A DNA stretch of 63,803 nucleotides, filler included, from Octopus bimaculoides (Eukaryota): the NCBI RefSeq assembly GCF_001194135.2. It is 5 parts of 5 records of this genome, joined end to end, with 100 filler letters (N's around TTAATTAATTAA, not from the genome) between each part and the next. Parts side by side here need not be neighbours in the genome. Positions count along the whole stretch, not along the records: positions 27,068 to 41,569 come from NC_068996.1; positions 41,670 to 50,984 come from NC_068992.1; 3 more parts are not named here. One strand, given 5' to 3'. Position numbers and translations under genes: made by a program. The notes beneath the pieces were generated by a model. The model was not told the origin of the DNA. It searched no databases and was given only the letters and a program-made list of their open reading frames with translations. This document shows, piece after piece, positions 35,481-49,803 of this stretch (the stretch's first letter is position 1; each line of letters begins with the position of its first letter).

Positions 35481-35864
35481 TGAGCTAGTTTTGAGTTACT
35501 CCAGGTATATCTTATTGATGACAAGAATTTATTTATATGACAGCTTAAAATAACTCCCTAATGTTCCTCAGATTGCATCCTTCCGTCTCACTTACTTAAA
35601 CATATACAAGAAACTGAAGTGTTACATACGCTTTAAAGAACTCAAATTTTATCTCAATAAATTACGACACTGAAACTTGTAGCTTGATCAAGACTGGCGG
35701 ATGATAACTTGTAGTCTAACAAGAGATTGGTAAAGAGGGACAAAACATACAGCTGACTCCCTTTGATTTCTTTTTTTATTTAAAATATTCCGACCTAGGA
35801 ATCGGTTCATCCATGGTAACAATGTATGCATACGGCCGATCAGCAATAAGTGTTTAAGGGCTAA

Positions 35865-37084
35865 CGTGCTGTGCACAAAAAGTATTCGATTTTATTTTTT
35901 TCCGCCAAAACTAATGCTTTGTGCGCAAAATCCTTTGGGTGGGAGGTGACAGCGCCACTCCTGCGCATACGTGATAATTTTCGCGCCGGTTAGGCGGTCG
36001 CAGCACTTGGCTGTTACGACTAGAGTACAAACGCGTAGCGCACAGGCGTCGGATTTTCGTTTTCACGCAAGATGACCAAACGCATCGAGCAGAGATATTG
36101 TATTAAGTTACATCAAAAGTCCGGTGATACTCAAGCTTAAGCCATTCAAAAGATTCAGTAGGACTTTGGAGATGATGCTATGGACAAAAGTAGTTGAAAG
36201 ATTAGCACAACTTCAGACATGGCCGCACCTCAGTAGAGAGCAAGGTAACATTAATAGAGAGCAAGTCAATACGTGGAGTTGATTGAGATGGTTCGGCGAA
36301 TAGTTATGGAAGATCGTCGTGTAGCAATCCAAGAAATTGCTCACGAAGTGGGAATAGGCACAGGATCAGTGCATTCCATTTTAACGGAGGAGTTGTACAC
36401 GCAAAATGTCGACGAAATTTGCCCCCAAGGTGCTGGCGGAACAGCAGAAGTAACTTGGAATGGAAATCGCTCAGGACATACTGGACTATGCAAACCAAGA
36501 CCCAGACTTCAGAAAGACCATCATTACTGGTGATGTGAAAAGAGTCTATGCTTACGATCCGGAAATCCAGTCCTTCTAATGGAAGCATCCGTCATTACCA
36601 AAGTGTAAAATAGCACAAGTTCGCAGTAATGTAAAGATAATGTTGACCTGTTTCTTTGATTCCGTGGTATTGTGCATCATGAATACGTACCACAATGCGA
36701 AACAATCAATAAAGAATACTATCTGGAGTTTATACATCACCTTCGTGATACTGTGCCTCGAAAGCGGTCGGACATGGTGGCAGCGAAGAATTGGCAACTT
36801 CACTAAGACAATGCGCCAACTCATTCCACACACTTAGTCCTAGCTTTTCTGGCTAAGGACAACACACCGCTTGCGTGACAGGCTCCCTACTTTCCTCCAA
36901 ATTTGGCCCTTCCCCAAACCGAAAACCATGTTGAAAGGGAAGTGATTTTAGTCGTGAGAGGAAAACGATGGCGGATCTCCATAGCATTTCAGAAAAGGCA
37001 TTCCAGAGGTGTTACCAGCAGTGAATTGTACAATTTTTTTTTCCTTCTAATCCCGAAGAAAAGATACTTTTTGAACGCATCTCG
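35865..37084 (+). mobile_element. Near full-length (1.22 kb) mariner with both TIRs; transposase inactivated
   Basis: Left cgtgctgtgcacaaaaagtatt aligns with the reverse complement of right gatactttttgaacgcatctcg(TA). Encodes MTKRIEQRYCIK, IITGD..VYAYDPE, KIMLTCFFDS and DNAPTH with stops and frameshifts. Confidence 0.9.
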
Positions 37085-38557
37085 TATATGCTACATATAA
37101 TTCACGTGTTAATTTTTACATAGGAAGCACCATTCAGAAACAGCACATCTACATTAAAGAACGCTTTAAGACAAATGAATATTCTCTTAGAAAATATCTG
37201 TTAAGATGCCATTGCAAGAATATCTCGGTCATCATCAAATGAAAAGAATGGAAGCCCGAGGATTAACGGGTCCATTTTTATGAACAAAAATTAAAATTTC
37301 CAATCAATAACGGACAAAAGCAACAAGACGCTGATTAATCAATTTAGCAACGCCATGTCGTATGTCATCTCATTCCTGCGCAGTTCAGAGTGAATCTTAT
37401 TTTCCGTTTCTTCTGGATAAATATTTTGTCTCTCAATTATTGAAATACATTGTAAAAGTAGGAAATTTATTTTTATTTTGATTATATTTCAATATTCAAC
37501 CTGTTTAGTAGGGGCTTTGTAAACCCTTAATTTATTTCACTATATTCATATGTACGCACACACTCACAGATACATACATACATACATATATATACACATA
37601 CATAAATACATACACACATGCATATACACATTCATACATACATTCAAACATACATACAAACAAAAATGCCCTGTTGATGTTGAGATTCCAATGAAGAAAC
37701 TTTGGATCTAGGTTAGAAACCGGCTCTTTCTCTATTGGCAAGAAATCTTGAAATAAAACTGAACAATCACATAACATAAGTACATACATACATACAGAAA
37801 TAGAGGAAAGTCCAAAGGAAGGGAAGACGGTGGAAGGAAATCGCCAACGATACACGCGGTTACATTTTGAAATGACCGGAAGGGAATGGGTGAAGAAAAA
37901 GCTCTTTCTAAGACAGGCGAGAGCAAGAGAAGGAGTTATGTGTGTGTATATGAGGGTATGTGCGTGCGCGCACGTCTGTGTGTGTGTGTGTATGTAATAA
38001 TAGCACGTTTATGTGCGTATGTGTGTGCGTGTGTTGTTTTGGCTCTTTATATGTGTATGTGCGTGAGTGACTTTGTGTTGCTTAATGTCGTAGGTAGAAT
38101 TTACAGTAGGAATTTTAGGTATTTTATATATATATATATGTATATATATATATACACACACACACACGTATGAAATCAGTGTCTACCTTATAGGCCAATT
38201 TGACTGGAGATTATACCAGTTTCTGTGATTTTCAAGTAATTGAAAGTGCAAAATTACCCTTCACCGAAGGAAATGGAGTAGTTTTGCACTAATATTCTAA
38301 CCACTTTTTATTGGCAGAGTTGCTTGAGAGTCGGTTAGAATAATATCCGTGCAGTGTTTTTTTTTTTTTTTTTAAATTCAGCTCGTAGCGCTTTTAATTT
38401 AAATCTCATTGAGGACAAATTTATAGGTGCTAACATGTATGCGTGATTTAAGAAGTTTACTTCGCAAACACAAGGTTTCGATTTCGGTACTGTTGCATGA
38501 CATCTTGCATAACTTCTACTTTTATTACAGCCTCGGGTGAACCAAATCTTTGTAAAT

Positions 38558-38617
38558 AAAATTGATACCCGTGTTAAAATTGATAACCCGTGTTAAAATT
38601 GATAAACCGTGTTAAAA
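38558..38617. repeat. Three tandem 18-19-bp units aaaattgata(a)cc(c)gtgtt
   Basis: Direct inspection; no spacers. Confidence 0.9.
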
Positions 38618-38639
38618 GTGGCTGTGGGTGTGTGCATGA

Positions 38640-39765
38640 AGTGTGTGCTTGAATATGTCAAATGAAAATTCATAATCAGAGTACAAGAGCTGTAAGTTCC
38701 GCATTAATTCACCGTAAATGTTCTCTTTTTCCTCGATTTTTGATTGTAAAGTCATATCCGCTGGACTGCTGTCCTGTATAACAGTGTATGACGTTTGTTC
38801 CCTGTGTACCACAAAACAATATCAGGCCTGTTGTGTTTGCACCAAATTGATGTTTATCTTGGAGAGTTCTACCAGTATTCCTTGTTTTTAAAGGTGCGAA
38901 TATCTGTTAATGGTTCTGATATGCTTCTGATATATATGGTTAGGCAATTCTTCCTGCGAATAACATTATAAATAGTCTTTGCAACTATATCATCCCTCGG
39001 GGGCAGATAGTATCTCGAACATATTTTGGGACAGCTACTGCTGATGTGAACGTTATCTTCCATATTGGTATAGCAGAGTCGAGGGGTTTTTTTTCTTATC
39101 ACAACGTGGAGGTTTGGTGGTATCTTTGTTACTCTTCTTCATCAGGTATTTAATAGCTATTTAATAGCTATATATATCTTCATCAGGTATTTAATAGCTA
39201 TTTGCTGTTCTTTGATAGCGAAAGGTAGGATGTAATGTATCAATTGCAGGTTCGGGAAAGGCTACTTTTCCTGTCAATGTTGTTGTCTTCTCGCTTACGG
39301 ATGATGTACCCATACATTACGTTTTGCTGGTATGATACCAGTTTCTGTTTAGCAAGAGACAGGTGTATTCTCAGAGTAACGGCACAATAGTTCTCCAACT
39401 GTGAAGATGTTGCTCCCACTTTTCAGTATGCATAGAATGTACTCATTTCTTTCTTTACTGGTCAACAGGTGTTGTGTGAATGATACAATGCGACATACAA
39501 AGGCTATTTGGACTGACCTTAAACCTCTACCGCCATCACTTTCTCTTACATAAATCCTATCGGTGTCGCTGTTAAAGAGGAAGTTGCCAGTGGTGCTCAG
39601 TACCTTTCTGGTTTTGATGCCCACGCTGCGTATCTCATTGAGTGTCCAGTCCAATATCCAAAATGTTGATATTAGAACTGGTACTGTAAAAACATTGTGA
39701 GATATGGTCATGTTAAATGCAGAAAGCTCTGAGTTCCATCTTTTCCGGAGTCTATAGAAGTACTC
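38640..39765 (-). mobile_element. Third R4-type RLE retrotransposon fragment (post-RT, CCHC, RLE)
   Basis: DRIYVRESDGGRGL, RLCYTNMEDNVHISSSCPK, RDDIVAK, KHNRPDIVLW and KIEEKENIYGEL. Confidence 0.85.
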
Positions 39766-40019
39766 TTTTGTTATGTGTGTGTGTATGTATGTATGTATGT
39801 ATGTAGGCATGCATGTGTGTATGTATGTATGCATGCGTGTGTATGTATGTATGCATGCATGTGTGTGTGTGTGTGTTGTATGTAAGTGTGTATGTATGCG
39901 TGCACGTATGCATATATGCTTGCATGTGTGTACGATGCATGTATATATGTGTTTATGTATTTGTGTATGTATGTGTATATATATTCATACATATTCTTAT
40001 GCTTACATGTACGCACATA

Positions 40020-40060
<41 letters not shown>

Positions 40061-40369
40061 ATGTATATATTTTGCGTATGTTTTCGAATACAGTTGTCAT
40101 ATTGTAATGTAATTTTGTACAAAGCGGAATGCTCTACTGCGCAGAAATTATTTTCGAGATCTCTCTTATGTTTCCATACTGTAATGTATTCCAACATTTG
40201 AAATATTTTATTTGTAAACTGCTTATTTCTTCTATTATAAATGTTTAACAATCTATTTGACCCTATGAAATAGCAGGTATATATTTTCTGTTCTTGTAAT
40301 TTAGTTGCAGGTTTACGCTGATTGTGTAGATCTATTAGAGCCATAACCATTTATGGGTGTAATATAGTT

Positions 40370-41260
40370 CACTTTCTTGAAGTCTCTAAAGAATTTGTCC
40401 AAAGTGAAGGTATCCAAGACCCTTTTTTACAGCTTCCTTCATCTCACTATCTTCAAAACGACTACTCCTGAGGTTCCCCTTCATCTTAGGCAACAACCGA
40501 AAGTTACAGGAAGCAAAGTAAGGAACAGCTTTGATGCCCATCTCTGTCAAGTAGCTGGCTGCCAGGATGGAATTGTGGAATGGTGAACTGTCCAGGGACA
40601 GGTGGCACCGACCTGATTGGAAGAGTTCTGGTTTTTTGTGACGAAATTTCTTCCTGAACTCCACGAAACCCTCTACAAAGTGCTCTTCGTTGATCGTTTT
40701 GCGAAAGGGAACCCGATGAATGTAGATGACGTACTTGTCGAAAAAGGGCATCATCATAGGCCATTCAATGGATTTGCTTTGCCTGGCCTCCTTGGGTCAG
40801 GTGGAGCCAGGATGCTTTCATTGGCATTTTTCTCTTAGTCTCTGGATCATTATAGAAGATGAAGCTTTCATCGCAGGTTACCAGAGTTTCAAGTACTTTT
40901 GGATTGGAGATAATGAAACCAACGATTTCCTTGCTACTGCAAACGCGTCTTTTCTTCTGTTTGTCACTGAGGATATTGGGAACAAACTTTGCACAAATAT
41001 TTTGCAAGTTCAGGTCTTCATGAATAATTCTGTTTACAGGTGTCACACCAACTCTAAATAGTATGTTTATTGTCTTTATAGACACACAGAGGTCTTCATC
41101 CAGAAAATTGCGAATTTTCTCAACCAGGTCTGATGTTCTGATACCCCCCCTCACTTCTCATCGTCTCTTCCTTCCTCTCTACCGTCGTTGACCACCTGTA
41201 CCAGCGAAAAACAGATACGCGGATCAAACAAGTTAATCCATAAGCAGGCCAGAACATTTC
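40370..41260 (-). mobile_element. Mariner transposase relic
   Basis: ICAKFVPNILSDKQK, LVTCDESFIFYNDPETK, MMMPFFD and FRLLPKMKGNLR, with frameshifts. Confidence 0.88.
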
Positions 41261-41669
41261 AAAAGTTTCCGTAGTGTTTTTTGCCGCGTTTAACACAAAA
41301 CTTTGTTACATAGCGAGGTCCTAATTGTCTTCACGTCCCGACTGTATTCTGCACACTAACCAGTGTAACAAACAATGTTTAGTAATGTGTGTTCAAAGTG
41401 CTGTAACAGCCGTCTCCTTCAGTATCGAATAAAATGTTGAAATATCAACTTATTAGACGTGTGGTAATGATATATTAACATTACTATAATCTTAATCTTG
41501 AATGTACTTCGCGTTCACATTTACGCGCGCTCTCTCTCTCTCCCCCACCCATATATACATGTATATATANNNNNNNNNNNNNNNNNNNNNNNNNNNNNNN
41601 NNNNNNNNNNNNNTTAATTAATTAANNNNNNNNNNNNNNNNNNNNNNNNNNNNNNNNNNNNNNNNNNNN

Positions 41670-41710
<41 letters not shown>

Positions 41711-42120
41711 TCTCCACCACACCATTCTCAGCCTACTGGCAAATACACTGAGAGTATAGGTGGCTGATAATGTTTGCTCTATATTCGAATATATGTATCT
41801 GATGTGACTCTCCCGTCGAAGACGACATATGAGCGTTCAGATTTGCCGAACGACCTGCACAAATATTCATCAAATATTCATGTCATTCTTTCCATCAAAT
41901 CGACGTTGTTTGAAAAGATGCACTGTGTGCCACGCGTCAGGTGTCGAAGTGACAGTCGCAGAGCAACGCGCAAAAACACAAGGAACTGCTAGGTCTAGGA
42001 ATTGAAATCACGATCGCTAAATCGTGAGTAGAATACCCTATCCACTAGGGCATGCACCCTCCCTACATATATATGATACGTCTCTACTAGTGGTTGAACG
42101 GGATATTAGGCATTACTTGT

Positions 42121-42161
<41 letters not shown>

Positions 42162-43483
42162 NNNNNNNNNNNNNNNNNNNNNNNNNNNNNNNNNNNNNNN
42201 NNNNNNNNNNNNNNNNNNNNNNNNNNNNNNNNNNNNNNNNNNNNNNNNNNNNNNNNNNNNNNNNNNNNNNNNNNNNNNNNNNNNNNNNNNNNNNNNNNNN
42301 NNNNNNNNNNNNNNNNNNNNNNNNNNNNNNNNNNNNNNNNNNNNNNNNNNNNNNNNNNNNNNNNNNNNNNNNNNNNNNNNNNNNNNNNNNNNNNNNNNNN
42401 NNNNNNNNNNNNNNNNNNNNNNNNNNNNNNNNNNNNNNNNNNNNNNNNNNNNNNNNNNNNNNNNNNNNNNNNNNNNNNNNNNNNNNNNNNNNNNNNNNNN
42501 NNNNNNNNNNNTATATATATATACATAGCGTATATATTTATATATGTATATATAAATATGATATATGTATATATGATATATATACATCATATACATATTA
42601 TATATATATATATGTATATATATAGTATATATATATATATATATATATATATCACATACACACACACATACACACGCATACGCACACACGTATAAGTTAT
42701 GCCTTATACCTCTTTCAACTAGTAATAGAAACGGATTAATTAAATATATCATTTCATATAAAAGCCAAATGTTAATGTAATATATTTTTATGTAGAAGTA
42801 TGCATTTTGAGTGCTACAGATTCTCTTAATAAGTATTAAGAAGGAAGAATATAATTTCTTTACCTAAATGAAAATACTACTATGCACTATATATAATTAT
42901 TTTGATATATCTTTCATCCTGAGGATCTTACGTGACATATAGACTTTAGTGTCATAGAACAGCATCAGAAATATCTAAATAACATATATTTCATCATTCT
43001 ACTATCTACATATAAAGATTTTTTAAAATTATAATATTGCCAGCAAAAGCAATTATATTTATCTAACTCGAATATATTAAAAATAATAAGTTAAAATATC
43101 GAAATTAATTTTTCTTTCAAATGCAGACAAGATATGTATGTGCATGATATAAGAGGCTTTGAACGTTCTTGAAACTCAGAAAAAGCAAACATGAAATATT
43201 TCTCCGTTTGCCATTTACTTTAATAGTTTACAAAGAGTCTTCAGTTTTGCTTATCGTTGAGAAACGATCACGCACCAGCGCTGAGCAAGCACAATCTTTG
43301 CTAGTACCATCTATGGTATCTAATTTCAATATATATATATTTTGAATTATTACCACACTTTTGGTTTTTGTAGTGGAAATTTTTATCAAGGGTGTATGTT
43401 GTTCTCCCACGTATATATGTATGCACGTTAGTGCATCCATATGGTTATATGTATTTATGTGTGTACGACTGTGTGTGTGTAAA

Positions 43484-43539
<56 letters not shown>

Positions 43540-44269
43540 AATGTTTACTTTTATGCTGAGTTATAATGACAATTTTACATTAATCCGAGGGATTACTCAA
43601 TACTTTTTGTAGAGTACATATTTATTACACTTTAGCAGGAATAATATAATAGTATTGACAGTAACTTTGAAGTTTCTTCCCGTTTAGCCTTCATGCGAAG
43701 AAATTATGATAAAATAGCCACTAAGGGAGATAAATCTAATGAGATTGATTTTAGCTTTCTTTGACACGAATTATTTAAATATACAGCGGCATTTATTTAA
43801 GAATAAGTGCATCGTGGAAATGTGTTTTATCGTCGTTCACGTACTTAAAAACTGTTGTCATTTCTCCTTATTTGTATGGTACCTGTATAGCTTGGTCCAT
43901 GATACAATCCCTTTAGATCTCAAATCATTTGCTAAACTTCGAATAATTGAAATTGAAATGGTAAATTCCATATTAATTTCCCCATAGTAAAATAACGGTG
44001 AAGCCTCTACAGGACCGCTTGATCAATTAGAAGTAGGAGATAAATTTCCTTTGAATTCACAACTCTTCCCCGAAAAAGAAAGGGAAGTTCACATCAGATA
44101 CATTGGCCTGAATGGCTGTTAACCATAAGTCTGCTAGGTTATGGCTGACCTGGGGACAAACAACAACAACAACAACAAAAACACCACGGACAAGAAAATG
44201 TTATTAATGTGTATTATCAGATAAAGAATTTTTGTTTTTCTTTTTAGAGAGATGAACCTGGGAGAATCG

Positions 44270-44805
44270 TTAGAGAGTCATAGAAAAACGCGTCTAGTGG
44301 AGTTAAAATTCTTCCGGGATCAACATTGCCATTCATCCTTCCGGGAAAATAATACTTTGTGATATTTATCCTCGTTCATTGCGTTATGAATTCCAATTCC
44401 GCCGAGAACAACTTTGCCTTTTATCGATTTCAGGGTCGATAAAATAAAATGCTTGTCAAGTACTGGAGACGATGATGTCGACTAACATTTCGCCTCAAAC
44501 CTGGTGGCTTCAATCAGTAATCATTTCCAATGATAGTGTTTAATAAGAGTTGGTTTTAATTTCTAGCAGTTCCACTCACCTCGCTGGCTTCGGCTTTCTT
44601 TGGTGTTCAACTTTATATTGGTTTCAAGTCTTGGCACAAGGCCAGCAATTTCGGGGAAAAGATTAAGTCAATTACATCGACTGATGCAATATCAGTTACA
44701 TCAACTGATATTTATTTTACAGACCCTCGAAAGGATGAAAGGCAAAGTCGACCGTAGCCTTTAAGCATTTTGTCCCGTTAGCTAACGATTCTGCTAGCTT
44801 ACCAT
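44270..44805. mobile_element. Two diverged SINEs in opposite orientation (44270-44525 plus, 44610-44805 minus)
   Basis: Share actttgcctttt...gggtcgataaaata and its reverse complement gaaaggatgaaaggcaaagtcgacc. Confidence 0.7.
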
Positions 44806-45008
44806 CTTATCTTCAGTGTTTATGTGAAAATATAGATGAAAGAACGTATCCCACTTCCTTTAACTGAATTCTTATTTCCATACGGGTATTTGAACACACG
44901 TCATCCAGTTCACCAGATCATTCGACAATTTAACTAAGAAACCGCTGTTAATGACCAGCAGAATGTTACATGCACACGCTAAAGGATATATGGAATATAC
45001 GATTTTAC

Positions 45009-45044
45009 CTTTCGAACCTGGGAGCCGGGCGCAATTTCGCTTTT
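45009..45044 (-). other. Candidate 36-nt microexon
   Basis: cctgcttttgcgtttttcatgagtttag|AAAAGCGAAATTGCGCCCGGCTCCCAGGTTCGAAAG|gtaaaa: good acceptor and donor, length divisible by 3, open in all frames, GC-rich. Confidence 0.25.
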
Positions 45045-45950
45045 CTAAACTCATGAAAAACGCAAAAGCAGGTGACCCCATAGTTTTGTGTCTGTGGCTC
45101 AGTAATTGGCAGAGGCATTGTTATTGTTAGTTGTAAACAAAACAACCAAGTAAACTCAGGCCTTTGCGTTCTCCAAGGTTATAGCCAAACGTACTCGCTA
45201 AAGCGTACTCGTAGGTTCAATGTTTTCTAAGTATGGTAGACAAAACCATTTGAATTCAGAGAGAAACTTTTTGAAGGGGACTATGCCATTTTAAACCATT
45301 TGAGAGCGTGGTGGCTATATAGTGAGTTAAATGTTTAGTGGATGAAACAATTTTGGGCATTTGGGATTATAGTATTTGAGTACATGATACTTTAATCCAT
45401 TCAACGAAACAATTTAACTGGAAATATAAAACATCAGTGGTAACAACTTGCAGTAAATTATACCAACCTGTTTATACCTACTCAATGCATAATAGACTGA
45501 ACCATTCCTATAAAATATGTGACCAGGCGCACGTAGCTCCGGTTACATTGCATAATTGGTTCATGTTTAGTAGATTCTTCGATTTGTTATCTCTTGGCTA
45601 TATACCCTGTCTTTCCAGAGAATACATGTTCTAAAGCAGTAATATTTGAAAGTCGTTATACTAATCTCCAGAGACATCAACAAGACTTACACGATTTGTA
45701 GAAAACAAATTACTTTCTTTTTTTATTCTATAGCTAAAATTCTCTTAATCAGCGCATAGATCTTATTTTTTAAATACATAGTTTTTTTCTTTTTATGTTA
45801 TACGTTTTAAAATCAATTTGTATATATATATATATATATNNNNNNNNNNNNNNNNNNNNNNNNNNNNNNNNNNNNNNNNNNNNNNNNNNNNNNNNNNNNN
45901 NNNNNNNNNNNNNNNNNNNNNNNNNNNNNNNNNNNNNNNNNNNNNNNNNN

Positions 45951-45995
<45 letters not shown>

Positions 45996-46699
45996 TTTTT
46001 TATAGTATCGTATTTGTTTGCACTTGGTAAAACTTCTCTTAATGGCTTCTGTGTGATAATATCAATAATTTACCTTATCATCACATCGAATATTAAATTC
46101 TTTAGTCTTAACATCACTTCGTTTCACAACGTTTTTCTTTCTTCCATTTACATTTAACTTGTATATATAAATAGTAATAGTCTTTGTATTTACACAGGAA
46201 ATGTAAAGTAAAATTGAGATATACTCAGAATGTGATTGGAGATCGACAGTTATGATAGAAAATACGTGGTAACTTGATCTGCTAGAGATAGTAACCAAAT
46301 CTCCCTGAAATCACAACCTACATATCTAAAAAAATATCTAAAAATCATAAAAAGATAGTCACACTTATTAATGCATTCCAAGATGTATTATGAGCGGAAA
46401 TATGATGCATGGGATCCACAAACACATGTAACCTTCATATAAGTCTCAGGCACAATGAGCGCGAAATTGCACTGCTTTCAAATTACGGGTACAATTCAGA
46501 GGTAGATGGAGAGTAAGAGGGAAACGGTGTAAATTGATGGAAGTTTAGATGTTATTTATAGTTAATCAAACTATTATGTGGCGACGCCCTCCTTACCTGA
46601 TATTTATCAGCTTTTTTGTTTCGTTGCGTGTTAGAATTCTACCGGGTGAGTTTATTTTTAATCAAAGATTGATAAAATAAATGGTAAAACACCGTTTTA

Positions 46700-47200
<501 letters not shown>

Positions 47201-47859
47201 TATCACACAGTAATGTCTGCGTCTATAATCATATCACTCAGGTATTTTTTTTACTAGAAACGATACTTCGCACAGGTGATACGCAATATGTTTTACACCT
47301 TGTCTATCAACGACTCAATCTCCCCCAGAACATATCATCCACAGCACTCGGCTTCTGGGTCTAATTTGGTAAGTTTCACTGTAAACACATCATCTGTTAT
47401 TGTATTCAATTTGTTTCGAAGATCTTTCTACGATATTCCTATATTTTCTTCTTCTTTAGCTACATCTAATTCTAACAAAAGAATCCTTCATTCTTTTATC
47501 TTGTTACATGTCAATACGCATTAACTTTCATTTACCTTTTGTCGTAATACACCTCAAGTAATCGCAAGTATCTCTATTAATCGCTTGTGTTTCTCAACTG
47601 CTTTCTGCTTTTTTTTTCTTTTTACATCAGGTTATATTTACACAATTTGCAATTCAAGTTACCACGAATTTATATGACAGGTTGATAAAGTTACCATGTA
47701 TAGTGATTACGTATATGCTTTACGAGAAATGCTAGTTCCTGGCCCGGCAACAAGTTGCAGATGTTAAGCTTCAGTCTTAAAACGAGAACAAGAAAAGTAA
47801 GAAGAAAGATACATATGTTGCGTAGTTAAGAGGTTGGCTTCCTCAAGTATTTGCTCCCT

Positions 47860-48400
47860 GATACAACTCCAATACCTTTTAATCTTTTACATGCTTTATC
47901 ATTGGACTGTGGCCATGCTGGTGCACCACATTTCATGCGTTTTAGTCGACCACAAGAACCCTAGAACACACACACATGTCTTTTACATCTCTCAGTCATT
48001 TGACTGCAGCCATGCTAGGCACTGCTTTGAAGGGATTTTAGTCGAACAAATCGACCACGGGACTTAGTTTTTGCAAAGCCAGGTAGTTATTTGCCGAACA
48101 GCTAGGTCATGGGACTTTAAACACGCCAACACCGGTTGTCAAGCGGTGGAAGGGCAAAAACAGAGGTATAAAGGCACAGACACACAGACTCAAACACACA
48201 CACAAGCACGCCTGCACACACACAGACACATATACGACGGGTTTCTTTCATTTTCCGTCTACCAAAACACTGACAAGGATTTAGTCGGCCCCAGGCCATA
48301 GTAGAAGACAATTGCCAAAAGTGTCACGCATTGGGACTGAACTTGGAACCATGTGGTTGGAAATCAAGTTTCTTACCACACACCCACACCTGCGCCTATA
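47860..48400 (-). mobile_element. tRNA/CORE-type SINE with duplicated tail segment
   Basis: Head ggcgcaggtgtgg...ggtaag on the minus strand; the gactg(t/c)(g/a)gccatgct tail motif occurs twice. Confidence 0.85.
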
Positions 48401-49761
48401 ACACAGCCACGCTTATATTAAAATTTGGGTACTTATCTATCGATTAATATTGAACTATGCAATATGATATCCTATTACAGTCGATTTACANNNNNNNNNN
48501 NNNNNNNNNNNNNNNNNNNNNNNNNNNNNNNNNNNNNNNNNNNNNNNNNNNNNNNNNNNNNNNNNNNNNNNNNNNNNNNNNNNNNNNNNNNNNNNNNNNN
48601 NNNNNNNNNNNNNNNNNNNNNNNNNNNNNNNNNNNNNNNNNNNNNNNNNNNNNNNNNNNNNNNACAAACTGATTACTCAGATGAGATACTGAGTTTGGGG
48701 AACGCAAAACAATCTTTTTACACATCAGAGAAGCTACTCTGGATCCATTTCCAATCATTACCGTTGATGTATGCCGGGATTTTTTCCCCAAACTTCTCGT
48801 GGTCGTAATCGATTGGTAATCCAGCTGTAAGAGAACTACAGTTATTTTATATAATTGATACTACCCCATCCATTGTAAAATATGCGAATGCCTGGATTTT
48901 TTGTTTTATGCATTCTTCGGCAACTATACATGTGTGTGTGTGGCAGAGTGTGTGTGTGTGTGTGTGTGTATGTGTGTGTGCGCGCGCGTTTCTTTGACTC
49001 TGCCCTTGGGTTGCTAAGCGGTCATTGTTGTTTAGCTCACGTCACCTTAACTTTGCGGTTCGACAAAATAATCCGCTAAAAAATGTACCAAAGCATTTGT
49101 TCTTTCAAGTGATGCTCAATCATTCTAACCATTGAAAGAAATGAAAGAATATACGAAAATTCAGGATAGTAGGAATACTTTCAATCAAAATTTGAGCAAA
49201 CTCGAGACTAAATATCAACACGAGAAACACATAAAATATTTTGACAGTTAGAGAGAGAAAGCTATCAGATGTTAAGCTTGTCTTTTCTTTTACAAATAGA
49301 CAATTTCTGAAAATAACCAGCTTTAAGTTATTTAGCAAAGTAATAACAAAAATAGATATACAGACACCTTTTGTTTTTTATCCGTATGAACCTAACCGAA
49401 AGATAAGAAGATAGTAAAATAAAAATAAACATGAGGAAGAAGTGAAACAAAGATGTTTTTTTTTTAGAAAGTTGTTTAACATTGTTGTGCCTTATTTAAA
49501 TATTTATGATGTTATTGCATTTATAGAATCGAAAGCACAGTCGAATTTTCAACTACTGTTTGCAAAAACCAGCGTTAATACGTTAGATAGAAAATCATGT
49601 CCAATTCTTTCTGTCCAGCTCCACTTTAACTTTTAAATTATACACAGACACACACACCACACATGCACGCACGGGCGCGTGAGCACACACACACACACAC
49701 ATACACATACACAGACACACACACACATGCACACACACAGATACACACAGACACACAGAAA

Positions 49762-49803
<42 letters not shown>

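Noticed and set aside
38558-38617. Short direct repeats as a CRISPR-like array
   Set aside because: No spacers, only three units, and a eukaryotic context.
44872-45081. 69-aa minus-strand ORF, and an open plus-strand frame VIQFTRSF...NAKAG, as complete genes
   Set aside because: No recognisable domain, and the plus-strand acceptor is weak. Only the internal 36-nt microexon is kept as a candidate.
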